A stretch of DNA of 64,000 nt from Eremomyces bilateralis CBS 781.70 (Eukaryota). Below are positions 49,739 to 62,279 of the stretch, one piece after another. The stretch is from the NCBI GenBank assembly GCA_010015585.1, contig ML975166.1; one strand, 5' to 3'. The notes below the pieces were generated by a model, which was not told where the DNA came from, made no database searches, and saw only the letters and a program-made list of their open reading frames with translations. The translations under genes were made by a program, and so were the position numbers. The number at the start of each line of letters is the position of its first letter. The stretch's first letter is position 1.

Positions 49739-52000
49739 ATGGCGAGTACTTTCGCGAAATCTGTCTCCGGAGCCACAAAGATTAAGGTAAATTGACACTA
49801 TGCGACCATCGCTGCCGGAAACTGACGACCCCAAGCTCGCCGCTCCCAAGTCGAAATACATCGAGCACATCCTCATTGCCACCCATTCCGGCGAACATGG
49901 CGTTGCAGAGATCTTTCGGGCGCTGCAAAACCGGCTCCGCGATTCCACATGGACCGTGGTCTTCAAATCGCTCATCGTGGTCCACCTTATGATTCGGGAG
50001 GGCCAGCCGGAGGTGACGTTGAAACACCTGGCGCAATCACCGCACCGGAAGTTGGCGATTAGCAACTTTACAGAGGGTACGTACGCGATCCGTCCATGTG
50101 GTCGACAATTCATCCCCTAGCTTGTGCACCAAGAAGAAGTTGTGGTTGGATCGAGACCTTGAGCCACAGGTTTGCGTGTTAGGGACATCATTGGGAGAAG
50201 AGGGCTAATGCTCTTGGGTCAACCAGCTCAAACACAAGGCCGGAACATCCGCACGTACGCAGAATACCTCCTCCAACGCGCCGTTTCATATAGCGCCACC
50301 AAGGTCGACTATGTCCGTGGCGGGGAAGGTCGCCTCAAGCGGCTCACGGTCGAGAAAGGATTGCTTCGGGAGACGGAGAGCGTACAAGATCAGATCCGCG
50401 CACTCCTCAGATGCGACGTACGTAAAGATTCTGTTCTCGGAAAATTCACACTAAAGCTCCGTTGCAGTTCCTTTCCAACGAACTGGAGAATGAAATCACC
50501 GTTACCGCATTCCGGTTGTTGACCATGGATCTCCTGGCGCTTTTCCACGTCATGAATGAGGGCACCATCAATGTCTTAGGTATGGGCTATATGAAGAGCC
50601 AGTAGCCCTCGCAACTGACCACAACAGAGCATTACCTCGAAATGTCAAAATCGGACGCCGAACGAGCCCTTAAGCTATACAAGAGCTTCACCAAGCAGAC
50701 GGACCACGTGGTGAAATACCTCAGCACCGCAAGGCAGTTCGAGTACGCCACACGGCTGGAAATCCCAAAGATCAAGCATGCGCCGACGAGCTTGTCTCAA
50801 TCCCTCGAGGAGCATCTCCATGACAAGGACTTCGAGATCAACCGAAGACAATACCTGGCTCAGATGGAAGCGAAACGGACCGGAAAGCCGATCTCGAGTA
50901 CCGCCAAATCATCCGCAGAGCCGAAGGCGAGTGAGAAGAAGCCTGCCACCTCTCAAGCGTTCCCCGAGCCAAAGGCATCCCAATCAACGGCGCAACCCAA
51001 AGCACCGGCGCCGGATCTGATGGACTTTTTCGAATCCATCGAACAGAACCAGCAGACCATGGCGCAGCCGTCGGGGAGTGCTTTCCATCCACAGCAGCAG
51101 CAACAGCAGCAGCAAGCGTACATGCAGCAGACCGGCAACCCCTGGCAAGGAGGCGTTCCGCAAGCAATGCCAGGGGTAGCGTTTCCGCAGCAGAACACCG
51201 GCTTCGCTCCGCAACCGCAGCAAAATATCGGCTTCGCTCAACAGCCGCAGCCATCGGGGGCAGGGTTTGCGACGTCGACCAACCCCTTCGGCCCGGGTCC
51301 GCAGCAAGCACCGCCTGCACAGCAACCGATGTTCCCTGGATCGAACGCGTTTTCGTCCGTGTCGCAGCCGGCCTTCAATCCACAGCAACCGACCCTCTCG
51401 GCCATACCGCAGAACGGCGTCGCGTCATTCACACCCCCGCAACAGGAACCGAATCCGTCACCGTTCCCGAACCCCCAGAACTCAGGGCAGCCGCCTTTCA
51501 GCAACCCCTTCCGCCAATCCATGATGCCAACCGGTGCCAGCAACCCAACCAGTCCTGCCACCCCATCGAATCCCATGCCCGCGTCGTCCCTCGCACCCAC
51601 CCCAACCGGGACCAACCCATTCGCGAAAGCTCCCTTCCAACCTTCTCCCTTCCCCTCCTCCCTCCCACCCCCGTCCAGCCCGCCCTTCTTCCAGCCCCCT
51701 CAGCAGCCAGGCGCCCTCCAACCGCAACCCACCGGCACCAACCCGTTCGCTCGCGACGCGTCGCCGTCCTCCCCGCCGCCACCGTCACTCTCCCCGCCCG
51801 CGCCTGTGACCGCCCATGTGACCGGCAGCACGAACCCGTTCCGGCAGAGCGCGTTCGTGAACCCGCAGACTGGCGCCGGGTGGCAGCATCAGCAGCAGCA
51901 GGCGACGGGGCTGAACCATCTGGAGACGATCCCGGTGTTTCCGAGGCCGGGGCTGCCGCAACAACAACAGCCACAGCAGCAGAACCCATCGTGGGGTTGA
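49739..52000 (+). CDS. ANTH-domain clathrin assembly protein (AP180/Yap1801-like)
   Basis: GATKIK.AAPKSKY, WTVVFKSLIVVHLMIREG, VEKGLLRE, MNEGTINVLEHY.EMSK.DA, KHAPTSL; Q/P-rich tail with five NPF motifs and Q.TG motifs; introns 49787-49835, 50077-50226, 50418-50467, 50580-50627. Confidence 0.92.
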
Positions 52001-52419
52001 TCCGAGTGGGAGAGCAGGTGGGGGAGATGATAATTCAATGGGCTGGATTTGACCCGAGGATTAGGAATCGGGGAACACTTAGTGGTTGTACTGGATTATG
52101 GAGAGCAATGTATCCTGCTTAGGTTTCGATCTGGAGCGACCATCTGTGCGTTTTATAATGCTGAAGTTTAGCGGTTGACGGCGATTGATCGTCTCCTTCC
52201 TATCCCTTCAGTCCGACACTGGCCGAGTCGACCGTGATTTAACAAAATACCAAGTGATCCGACGTTTCAACTGAAGTAATGCGTGTCTAATTGTGGTCCC
52301 GTATGAATACATGAACGTAGGCAAACCATGCATCGCAGCATCTCCTGATGCACCCTCCCCATCTATTCCGGCTAGAAATACAACATGTAGAATGCAGAAT
52401 GCTCATCCCTCGTCACTAT

Positions 52420-54109
52420 CTATAATTTCATCCCCAGTGCCTGATGCACCTTCAACGCCTGCCGGATGCTCAGGTCCAACATGATCTCCTCGCTGCCGCC
52501 CGGGATCGCATACGCCCTTACATCCCGATACAACCGCTCGACCTTGCCGCCCTGGCCGCCGCGGCTGTAGCTCAACCCCCCGAAAATCTGGCTCGCCTCC
52601 CGGGCGCAGAACTCAAACGTCGTAGTGCTCTGCGCCTTCAGGCTCGCGATGGCGCCCCCGAGCTTTAGCATGGCCTCCGTCTCGTCCATCCGCTGGCACT
52701 GGAACGTCAGGTTCTCCAGCCAGGCGTAGGTGGCTTCGATCTGGCGCGCCATGTGCGCGAGCTTGAGCCGGATGACTGGGTGCTCGATGAGCTTCTTGCC
52801 GAAGGTCTTCCGCTTGTGGGCGTACTTCATCGACTCCTCGTAGCAGACGCGCGAGAAGCGCACGCACTGGATGATGATGCCCATGCGCTCGTGGTTGAAG
52901 TTGGTCATGATGACGCGGAAGCCCTGGTTCTCCTTGCCGATGAGGTTCTCGACGGGCACCTTGACGTCTTCGAAGGTGATGTAGGTGGTCCCGCTGCTCC
53001 AGACACCCTGGCAGTCCATCTTGCGCGTCGACACACCGCCGGCGGATCGCTCGATCAGCAGGACCGACACGCCGTTCATGCCGGGCTTGCCCGTGCGGAC
53101 CGCGGTGGTGAAGTAGTCGGACCAGATGCCGTTGGTGATCCACTTCTTCTCGCCGTTGACAATGTAGTGTTTCCCGTCCTCGCTCAGCTTCGCCTCGCAG
53201 TTCAGGCCGGCGACGTCCGACCCACCGTCTGGCTCGGTGATGGCGAGGCAGATGCGCTTGTCGCCGTTCAAGATGCCCGGCATGATGCGGTCGACGAGCG
53301 CTTTCTGGCCGTATTTGAGGACGGGCGGGCAGCCGATGCCGAACCCGCCGATCAGGTTCCACACCAGGCCGCCGGAGCCGGCGCGGGACAGCTCGTCGGT
53401 GATGATCATCTCGTGGAAAAAGTCCCAGTCGTCTGGATGGACCGACTTGATGGTGTTCTGGACGAGATCGCGCGGGTACATGGCGCCCATGAGCCCCGCG
53501 AGGTATCCGCGGGTCCCCATCTCCTTGTAGATCGCGTGGGGGACCTCCTTGGCCTCGTCCCATTCGGTCACGTTAGGCATGATCTTCTCCTCGACCCATT
53601 CGCGCACCTCGGCGCGCAACGCTGCGTGCGTCTCATTTACGTATGGGGAGTGGTAGGATTGGTACCAGTTGGGGTCGGCGTAGGGAACCAGGTCGCCGTA
53701 CATGTCCATCGGCTCCGGATCTTCCTCGTCGTCGGACTTGGGCTTCTTGCGGAGGGGCTCGGCCGGTTTGGCGGACACGGCGGCGGGCTCGGGGGTTGGT
53801 GCGGCGCCCTCCGGTGCGGGTTTGCTGTCCAACGATCCCACCATCAATTTCGGCTTGAATTTCTTGAGGATGCCCTCATTGTGGTATTTCCAGAACTGCT
53901 TTGAGGCATCTTTGCCGGCGACTCTTTGCAAGACTGTTGCACGATTAGCGACGGACTCCTCAACCATGGCGAGCGTTCATACTCTTCTTTCCACCGGGAT
54001 GCTCGTTCTGGAAAGTGGTCAGGTCATAGACGTCTTGGTCGACGACGATGTACAAGCTATCGGACTTGTTGTGTGTGGCCACGTCGGCCTCAGAGAATCG
54101 TTGTGACAT
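52420..54109 (-). CDS. Acyl-CoA dehydrogenase with an N-terminal cytochrome b5-like domain
   Basis: VYDLT.F..EHPGG..AGKDAS.QF.KYH (both b5 His residues present); CLAITEPDGGSDVA, NGEKKWITNG, NFNHER, QIFGG, AIPGGSEEIM; intron 53934-53982. Confidence 0.93.
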
Positions 54110-56468
54110 GGTCGGAGTTGGATATCAAGGAGTGAAAAGGAAGCGAAGTAAGAGAAGAACCAAAGAGAAAGGATGGATTAGCGGTACAGATTCTTACAGT
54201 ATGTAGGTGGACAGAAGAGGGTATATGACATGAAGGCCTTTCACATGTCAAAATCTAATGCAGAACATTTATCTGCGTTGAAGGTTCAGGTAAGACCGTG
54301 ACGCGATGTAGACTTTCCCCGGAACTTGGCGTGTGAAGCGGAGAGTCTAGCTATTCGTGGATTCAGTATCCAAGTATCTAACCAAGTAGCTCTGGTGTAT
54401 CCTGATCAATGGACAGCCAGCGACTGGATTAGAGGAAGGATATCTGACATGTGATGCAACCGCGAGATCAGAAGACTGGGGATCATGCGACGGGGTCCAG
54501 CCTTAGTTGAATTGTTTGGTCGTCTGGCCACTTGATCCGCCGCATATGTCATGCCGAGGCTTGCTGGCAGGCTTGCTGACGAGGTCACAATGCAATCACG
54601 TGGCCGCCTTACAATCCAAATACCAGTCTCAAATTCCATCAAAGTGAAACCATCCCACCAATCAATCTATCCACCCCAAGGAATCAATCAAACTCGGACC
54701 GATCCGACATGAGATGGGACGTGGGAGATCCATGTTAAACGGACCATCATCCACATTCCACACATTCCCTCCGGCTCCGGTGCCGGCCCTGCTTGGAAAA
54801 GCTTCCAGAAGGGTTGATATTCGATAAGAAGGTTGGCATGTGCCTCCGTCCCTCGAGGTGCCTCTAATTTCGCGATTCGGTGACATACCCCTTCCGAGTA
54901 AGTGCCTAGGTACGCTTGTTCATTAAGATTCTGTTCATCCAGATCGCATACATTCCTTTGGATTCAGATCGCGTGATCATAGAGTAGAGCATGAAGGATG
55001 AGAATAGGTAGTATCCCTTTCCTAGATGCAAGCGGTCATGGAGAAAGAGCGGGTTATCCATTCCGGTATCATTTCAATTTCATTCGTCATGCAACATTCT
55101 AATATAAACCTGTCGTTTTTGATTCGTTTCGCCAGCTGCCAACTCGTGGCTCTTCCTCTGGTACCACGGTCCGAGTCGCAATTCCGGATTCAATGTTCAA
55201 CGACGTCTCGGAGAGTCGGAATCCTTCCGGTCGGGAATCAATTTCCAAGGATTGCGGCTTGTCAGTGGCGTGGTGCTGGAATCAGGTCGACATGCGAGTC
55301 CGTGACCTCCAGCCTCAGGAATCATCAAGGTGCTTCGCCAATCGTCATACGACCAGAACAGTTCGATGTGGGAAAGATGCCACTCATGAACCATAGCACT
55401 TGGCAGAATCACGGAACTTCTACGGAGGATGTCCAATCTGTAGTGATCCAACATGAATCCATGGCATCTTGGCTGTTTGGCTTTCCCCATTCCGTGTGCA
55501 ACGATGGATTCTTCCCTCGTACACGGCATGAATTGACAGTATCCCCCGGGGAAACAGTAAGAACTGTCGTTCAAGGAATGCGCTGTGCGATAGCCGGAAC
55601 AATGCAGGAATGGATCCCCTACGTGCCTGGACTCTGGAGCGTGTATGTTCCACTGCTACCTACTTTTCCCATCTCGTTGGAGTGACTTTGGCAGATAAAA
55701 TGGCCCGTTTATATCCGTACTTTATACATCTTGATTGCGCAACCTTCTTCCTCCATGCTCCTCTTCGTCCTCTTCGTCACCACCTCGAGGAAGACCCGTT
55801 CAATATCGATGTTGGGATTTACAAACGCTCCAAGTCAGCTGTAGTCCGAGTTCCTTACACTGAATCCCCTTACAGCGGCTCGTACTGGTGCTGCGTCGGA
55901 GTCCTCCATCGGAGGTTTAATGTCCGTATGGCTGATATCTTTCTATCCTCATTGGCCGATAAATCTATGATACACTGCAGTTGGATCATACAAATGTCCA
56001 TGGATGAGGGAAGATTGGTTTCTTTGTCCTGGTTCTGTGTCACTGCTCAACCTTGGGACCGGTGGCGATCTCGCAATAACAATATCAATTGTATTCTTTT
56101 AATTCAGACTGGAGCGGTGGTGAGTGGTAGCTGGTGAGTGGTAACTTGGAGCATGCCTGCTGCTGCGGTGAGTGTGGTCATGAGATGGCGGCTGGGAGTG
56201 CGGCTTGCAGTAGTGGCCATGCACCTATGAAACACAAATGCCGCAACTTGACCAGTGACAGACAGAGGGGTGGACCCGCCAAACACCCTGATCATCGGGT
56301 GGGCGGCGCCAGGGGGAGGTTTCTGAGCCAGTTGCGTCAGCACTCAGCAGCTCAGCACCCACGAGGTCTCCCTTCCCCTCCATCACTGTAGGGTGGGCGT
56401 AACGAAATAATGAAATAAATAGGTCCGAGTAAATTACGAAAACAATGAAATTTATTCTTTTATTTATT

Positions 56469-56881
56469 GGAGGGTTTCTGCCAGGAATTATGGGCACCTG
56501 GAAATTGCGTTTTGTGTAATATTCGACAGCGTAGCGCGTTTTATTTGCCCATACCCAGTTAGNNNNNNNNNNNNNNNNNNNNNNNNNNNNNNNNNNNNNN
56601 NNNNNNNNNNNNNNNNNNNNNNNNNNNNNNNNNNNNNNNNNNNNNNNNNNNNNNNNNNNNNNNNNNNNNNNNNNNNNNNNNNNNNNNNNNNNNNNNNNNN
56701 NNNNNNNNNNNNNNNNNNNNNNNNNNNNNNNNNNNNNNNNNNNNNNNNNNNNNNNNNNNNNNNNNNNNNNNNNNNNNNNNNNNNNNNAATAAAAGAGGTA
56801 TAGCGGCACCGCTTAATCAGCGGATTACAGCTGTCGAGCCTGATTTTCAGGTGTTCCACATATTCCTGGCAGAAACCCTCC
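56469..56881. mobile_element. TIR (MITE-like) DNA transposon spanning the assembly gap
   Basis: Perfect 20-bp inverted repeats GGAGGGTTTCTGCCAGGAAT (56469-56488 / 56862-56881) extend imperfectly to about 60 bp (cacctg.aaat, tcgacagc); flanked by ATT on both sides; interior is N. Confidence 0.75.
56563..56787. other. Assembly gap (N run)
   Basis: Run of n characters. Confidence 0.99.
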
Positions 56882-58047
56882 ATTGCATTTATTTCCTTAC
56901 CTAATCAGGAATCCCATGACGGACCGCTGGAGGCTGTATCCCCATCGTATTCTTGTCTGCACCGTTTCAACAAAGATATGGTGTCACATGATGTGCTAAC
57001 CCCTTTTGGGTTAGCTTATTTTTTAGTAATATTCAACTGAAATAAATGTTTATTGCAAGGCTTCAGTGTTTCTTAGGTAAGAAGTATTTATTTCATATTG
57101 TAAGGGTCTCACTGTAGGGAATCTCCAATCGTGAGGCAAACATTGAACTGTTGCTATGAAGGAGGAATCTATCTAAAGTGTGCGAGGCGTTATGTCCTGA
57201 TGCTGCACAGCAAACGGGCCACAAGGCCACAAGGCATCCAGGTCTGCGGACCTCTGATCCATCACACATATATTATACCCGCCCTACCTCCATGTGGTGT
57301 GGCGGGGTGGTGGGGTTGACCTCCCCCAGGCATCAGCGACTCCCAATTCCCACTATAGCTTCCCCTGTTGTTCCAAGCCGCTCGCCGGCTCGCAGCAGGA
57401 TGCAGGCGCTTGGACCAGCCGTTAACTACTACCCGTGATCCTCGCCGCCGCCATTCTCAACCAAGACCCCAAGAGTCAAGCTTGCTGCTTGAAGATGGGC
57501 CTCGCCAAGAGGCCTGACGGGCGTATGAATCTCTCTCTCTCTTGCTGCTTGAAGCTCAAAACAGCCAAGAGCACAGGGCTTTTGCTTGGTCGAGTTTTGT
57601 TCCCTGTTCGTGTCGATATCAGGTTTCATGCAACTAAGCCTTCCGCACGCCTCTCTACCTTGCCTGATGGAATGAATACCTAGCACTCCGTACTCCTCTC
57701 ATATATCTTGGGGAAGATCAGCGTCTGCCCGTAAGTCGTGCTCCTTCAACCTTATCTCTAATTATATCCTTCTCAATTTCTCATCCTCCTTCTCTTCTTC
57801 TTCTTCTTCCTCCTCCGCATCATCTTGCCTTCCTTGCCTTGAACAGAGTGACCGCTTAGTACCTTACTTAGCACGTCTTATGTGCCGATCCTGAACCATG
57901 TTGCCGCCTAGCTAGATCCCACCTTACGTTATCCATCGTCGATTGTCCATCAGGCCCCAATTCTCCTCCGTGCTTGTTGGCCTTTCGCATTCGAGGTCCT
58001 GTTTAGCATCGCCATCGTTATCGCCATTATCATTACTATCTTCAATC

Positions 58048-60865
58048 ATGTCTCTCGCAAACAAAGCCATGAACTTCGTAGATCTGATGGGTCGCGCCAC
58101 CGCGCCCACCAATGCATCCACCAATTCCACCAACCGGGCTCCTCCTCAAGGAGGCATTCTGGACGGTGCCAATCCAGTCACGTACAGCCCCAAAGACCCC
58201 ATCATCCTATTCATCGTCCAGGTATATCCGCCAGTTACACCCACCCTAGCCACCGCAGTCCGAAGCTCACCATTCGCAGGCCAGTATCATCGTCATCTTC
58301 TGCCGCCTGCTCGAATGGCCCCTCTCCAAAATCCGCCAGCCGCGTGTCATCGCCGAAGTCATCGGCGGTATCCTTCTCGGGCCCTCGGTCATGGGCCGGA
58401 TCCCAGGCTTCACCGAGTCCATATTCCCCACCGTCGCCATGGATAACCTTAATCTGGTAGCCAACCTGGGGCTGGTCCTCTACCTGTTCTTTGTCGGTGT
58501 CGAGGTCGATTTGCGTTTCCTCGTGTCAAACTGGAAGGTTGCGCTGAGCGTCGGTCTGGTCGGTATGATTCTGCCGTTTGGGCTGGGCAGTGCTATTGCC
58601 TGGGGACTGTATCATGAGTTTGGCGACGAGCCAGGGTTAGTGCCCATCAGCTTCGGCGTGTTCATGCTGTTCGTCGGAGTGGCCATGGCCATCACCGCTT
58701 TCCCGGTCTTGTGCAGAATCCTCACTGAGTTGAAACTGCTGTCCACCACGGTCGGTGTCATCGTCCTGTCCGCGGGTGTGGGAAACGACGTCGTGGGCTG
58801 GATCCTCCTCGCGCTGTGCGTCGCCCTGGTCAACGCCGGGAGCGGGCTGACGGCCCTGTGGGTCCTCCTCATCTGCGTCGGTTACACCCTCTTCCTCGTG
58901 TTTGCGGTTCGCCCACCGTTTATCTGGGTCCTACGTCGGACCCGAAGCCTCCAAGACGGGCCCAGCCAGAGTGTTGTGGCGCTCACGCTGTTGATCGCCT
59001 TGGCCTCGGCCTTCTTCACCGGCGTGATCGGGGTGCACCCTATTTTCGGCGCGTTCATGGCCGGCTTGATTTGCCCGCACGAAGGTGGGTTTGCCATCAA
59101 GTTGACGGAGAAACTGGAAGATCTGATCGGCTCGATCTTCTTGCCGCTCTATTTTGCCTTGTCAGGCCTGAATACGAACTTGGGACTACTGAATACGGGC
59201 CTTACGTGGGGATATGTCATTGGCATTATTGTCATTGCGTTCACTACCAAATTCGCCGGCGCCTCGGTTGCGGCGCGGCTGAATGGGCTGGTATGGAGGG
59301 AGAGTTTCACCATCGGGGCACTGATGAGTTGTAAGGGTCTGGTGGAACTGATTGTGTTGGTGAGTATATCTATCCCAGTTGGGGTTCCAATCTAACATTC
59401 CCAGAACATCGGCCTGCAAGCCAAGATTCTCAGCACGCGCACGTTTACCATGTTCGTGGTCATGGCCCTGATCACCACGTTGGTGACGACGCCACTGACG
59501 TCCGCATTGTATCCGCCATGGTACCAACAGAAGCTGGAGAAGTGGAAGCGAGGTGAGATCGATTGGGACACGGGCAAGCCCTTGAACGACTCGACTTCAG
59601 GATCCGGCGAAGAACAGATGGCAGAAGAGAAGATGGAACTCACCCGAGTCCGAAAGATGCTCGTTTACCTACGTCTCGACAACATGCCCGCGCTTCTCAT
59701 GTTCATGACCCTGATCGGTGGCAAGCCTCAAGACGCAGCACCGCGATCGCATCCGAGCGAGCGACAGCCGACGGACGAGGGTGAGGAGATCATCGCTCCA
59801 GTCGCGCCTGTTCAAGCCCACGGTATCCGCCTCATCGAACTCACCGAGCGTGACTCCTCGGTCATGAGAGTCACGGAAGTGGAAGAATTCAGTATCCACG
59901 ATCCGGTGATCAACACGTTCCGCACTTTCGGGAAAATGCATAACCTCGCCGTGTCCGGCGAAACCAGCATTATTCCCTCCACATCCTTCGCCGAAGCGCT
60001 AGTTTCCCGTGCGTCCAGTATGTCATCGGACCTGGTGCTCCTGCCCTGGAGCGAAACCGGCAGCATGTCGGAGGCCCAGGATATCCGCGACGAGACCATC
60101 AGGAATAAGTTGGATGATACCAGCTACGTCCAATTCGTCACGGAGGCATTCGCGGACGCGACCTGCAACATGGCCGTGTTCGTCAACCGCAATTTCGGTG
60201 GCACGGTGAAGCGGCAGCGGCCGCAACTCTCCCGATCCAAGTCCGCCTTGAGCGTATCGAGCGGCAAAGATGCCACCCCTTCCGCACCCATCACGGACGC
60301 GTCCCACCACGTGTTCGTCCCCTTCTTCGGCGGTTCCGATGACCGCATCGCCGTCCGTCTCGTCCTCCAGCTCGCCGCGAACCCGGAAATCACGGCGACG
60401 ATCGTGCACTTCGACGTGCCCGACAACTACTTCGACGATCCCCTGGGCGTGGGACCGGACCTGGGGTCGAAGGCGACGGACTCCCGGGTGATCACCTACA
60501 TCCCCAGCAAGTCCGAGGACACGACGTTCTTCGCCGCCATCAAGAACACCCTGACGGACGACCTCGCGCCACGGGTGCGGTTCAAGACGGTGTCGACGCT
60601 GACGCCGCGCGCGACGGCAATCGAGACGATGCAGGAGGAGTTGGGTCAGAACGTGCGGAACGCCGGGGATCTGCTGGTGGTGGGCAGGAATGTCGGGATG
60701 AGTGCCGCGTTGGGCAGGGAGGGGTTGGACCCCAAGGAGAGCACGGGAGGGGTGCAGACGGATGCGAATCGATGTATTGGGGTGCTGGCTGAGGAGGTAG
60801 TCAGGAGTGGGTTGTTGGCGAGCGTATTGGTCGTTCAGGCCAGAGGGAGTGGCTTGGAGTTGTGA
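58048..60865 (+). CDS. KHA1: K+(Na+)/H+ antiporter, CPA2 family (Kha1-like)
   Basis: QGGILDGANP, RQPRVIAEVIGGILLGPS, ITAFPVLCRIL, GVGNDVVGW, GVHPIFGAF, MSCKGLVELIVLNIGL, MALITT..TTP; introns 58222-58279 and 59360-59404. Confidence 0.93.
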
Positions 60866-62279
60866 TGAATGGCAACTGAGGGGCGACTACAACTCGCATA
60901 CATGGGCGGAGATGGTGCGTTTCTCGGGATTCTATGTCTGGCGACGGCTTCTGATGAATCATTTCGGGTATGTGAATGCATGCGAGGCGCCTTTTCCTGT
61001 TCCTATTTAGGTAATCTATTGACAATATGGCCACACCCGGTTGTGGCCTTGGTCAGCATGAGCAAGAGGGCTGAGACTGTCTTATGGAGGCATCAGATGA
61101 CGCCTACATGTGTCCGGAATCGCATGTGATACGACTTTCGTTCCAGCTTACTCAAAACGAGACCTTGGTTGTTTCGTTCCCACTAAACACCTCACTCCAA
61201 GCAACGGATGCACGAGAATCTGGTCTGCTCATTCAGTATGCACCATGCATACCTGCTCATTCGCTTCCAAGTCGCTTGTACCACGACGATCTAGACCCGC
61301 TCCGCCACCTTAATCAAAATCATTGGGGCTACCTCTTAAGGAGGCTCTTGCATCATGGCAAATCGGCTGATCGAGAAGCCGCGGGGTTGTATACCAGCTT
61401 CACTTGGAGCAACATGACGGTTCCTCTCATGATTGGGCTTTATCACCATGTCGATGCCAGGGTACAAACTCGGCGCTGCGACTGACTACGAGCTGGCCAG
61501 CTCAGCTGGTCCCGGACCCATGTAGCCCGAACCCTCGTCCTTTCAGGGAATCGGATGCTTTCCATCTGCTCACGAGACACAGCAAGAAAGACTACGTAGT
61601 AACCAGTACGGAGGTACTCCGTATACGTGTCATATTATTTGTCGGGTACAATAGAGGAAAGAGAAGAGGACAGTGGTGGCGCTGTCTTCAATGACTTCCG
61701 AAGAACTCGATGCCAGAAATAGATCCTTTCACTTCATTTGGTGTTGTGCTCACTTCCCTTTTAGTCACGATGAGTTCGAATCTTTGCTGTCACCATCTGG
61801 TACGTGGAACCTCCAACCTGTTTCACGAGATATTAGAGGCCCTTGAGATCGGGGGCATGCGACCCCGAGAGACGTCATCTCTCCGTTCCCTGTCCACCAC
61901 CCGATTGGAGGTCCGTCCTGGAATATTTTCTGATACAAGCAATTGCTGAACGTCGAGGGATATCTTATATGTACAGTCCGAATTAATCCGCGCTCGGGTC
62001 GAAATGATCCATCCAGTATCGTTCCCGTTCTCCTGACGACGGCATACGTGCACCTCATCAGTCCGATGATCCCACAAAACTCTCCGCATCGACATCCCAC
62101 GGGTCCATCCCGCCCCATACATCCCCGCCGATTTAACCGTTAGCCCGCAAGAGGTACAGCATGCGCGTACGGATCTTTATATCCGGACAATAATTCCGCT
62201 TCATCCCTTCATTTCTACCCTCTCGACCTTTTACCATTTCACTTCCAGCGACCATAACGGATGGCATTGCGCGTTCGCA

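Larger units (their letters stand above)
56383..57119. mobile_element. Older AT-rich insertion hosting the TIR element
   Basis: 11-bp direct repeat TCACTGTAGGG at 56383-56393 and 57109-57119 brackets an AT-rich island; subterminal inverted motif ATGAAATAAATA / TATTTATTTCAT near both ends. Confidence 0.5.

Noticed and set aside
54900..56100. Short ORFs and donor-like sites suggesting a gene relic
   Set aside because: No consistent frame or recognisable motif; cannot be supported without a search.
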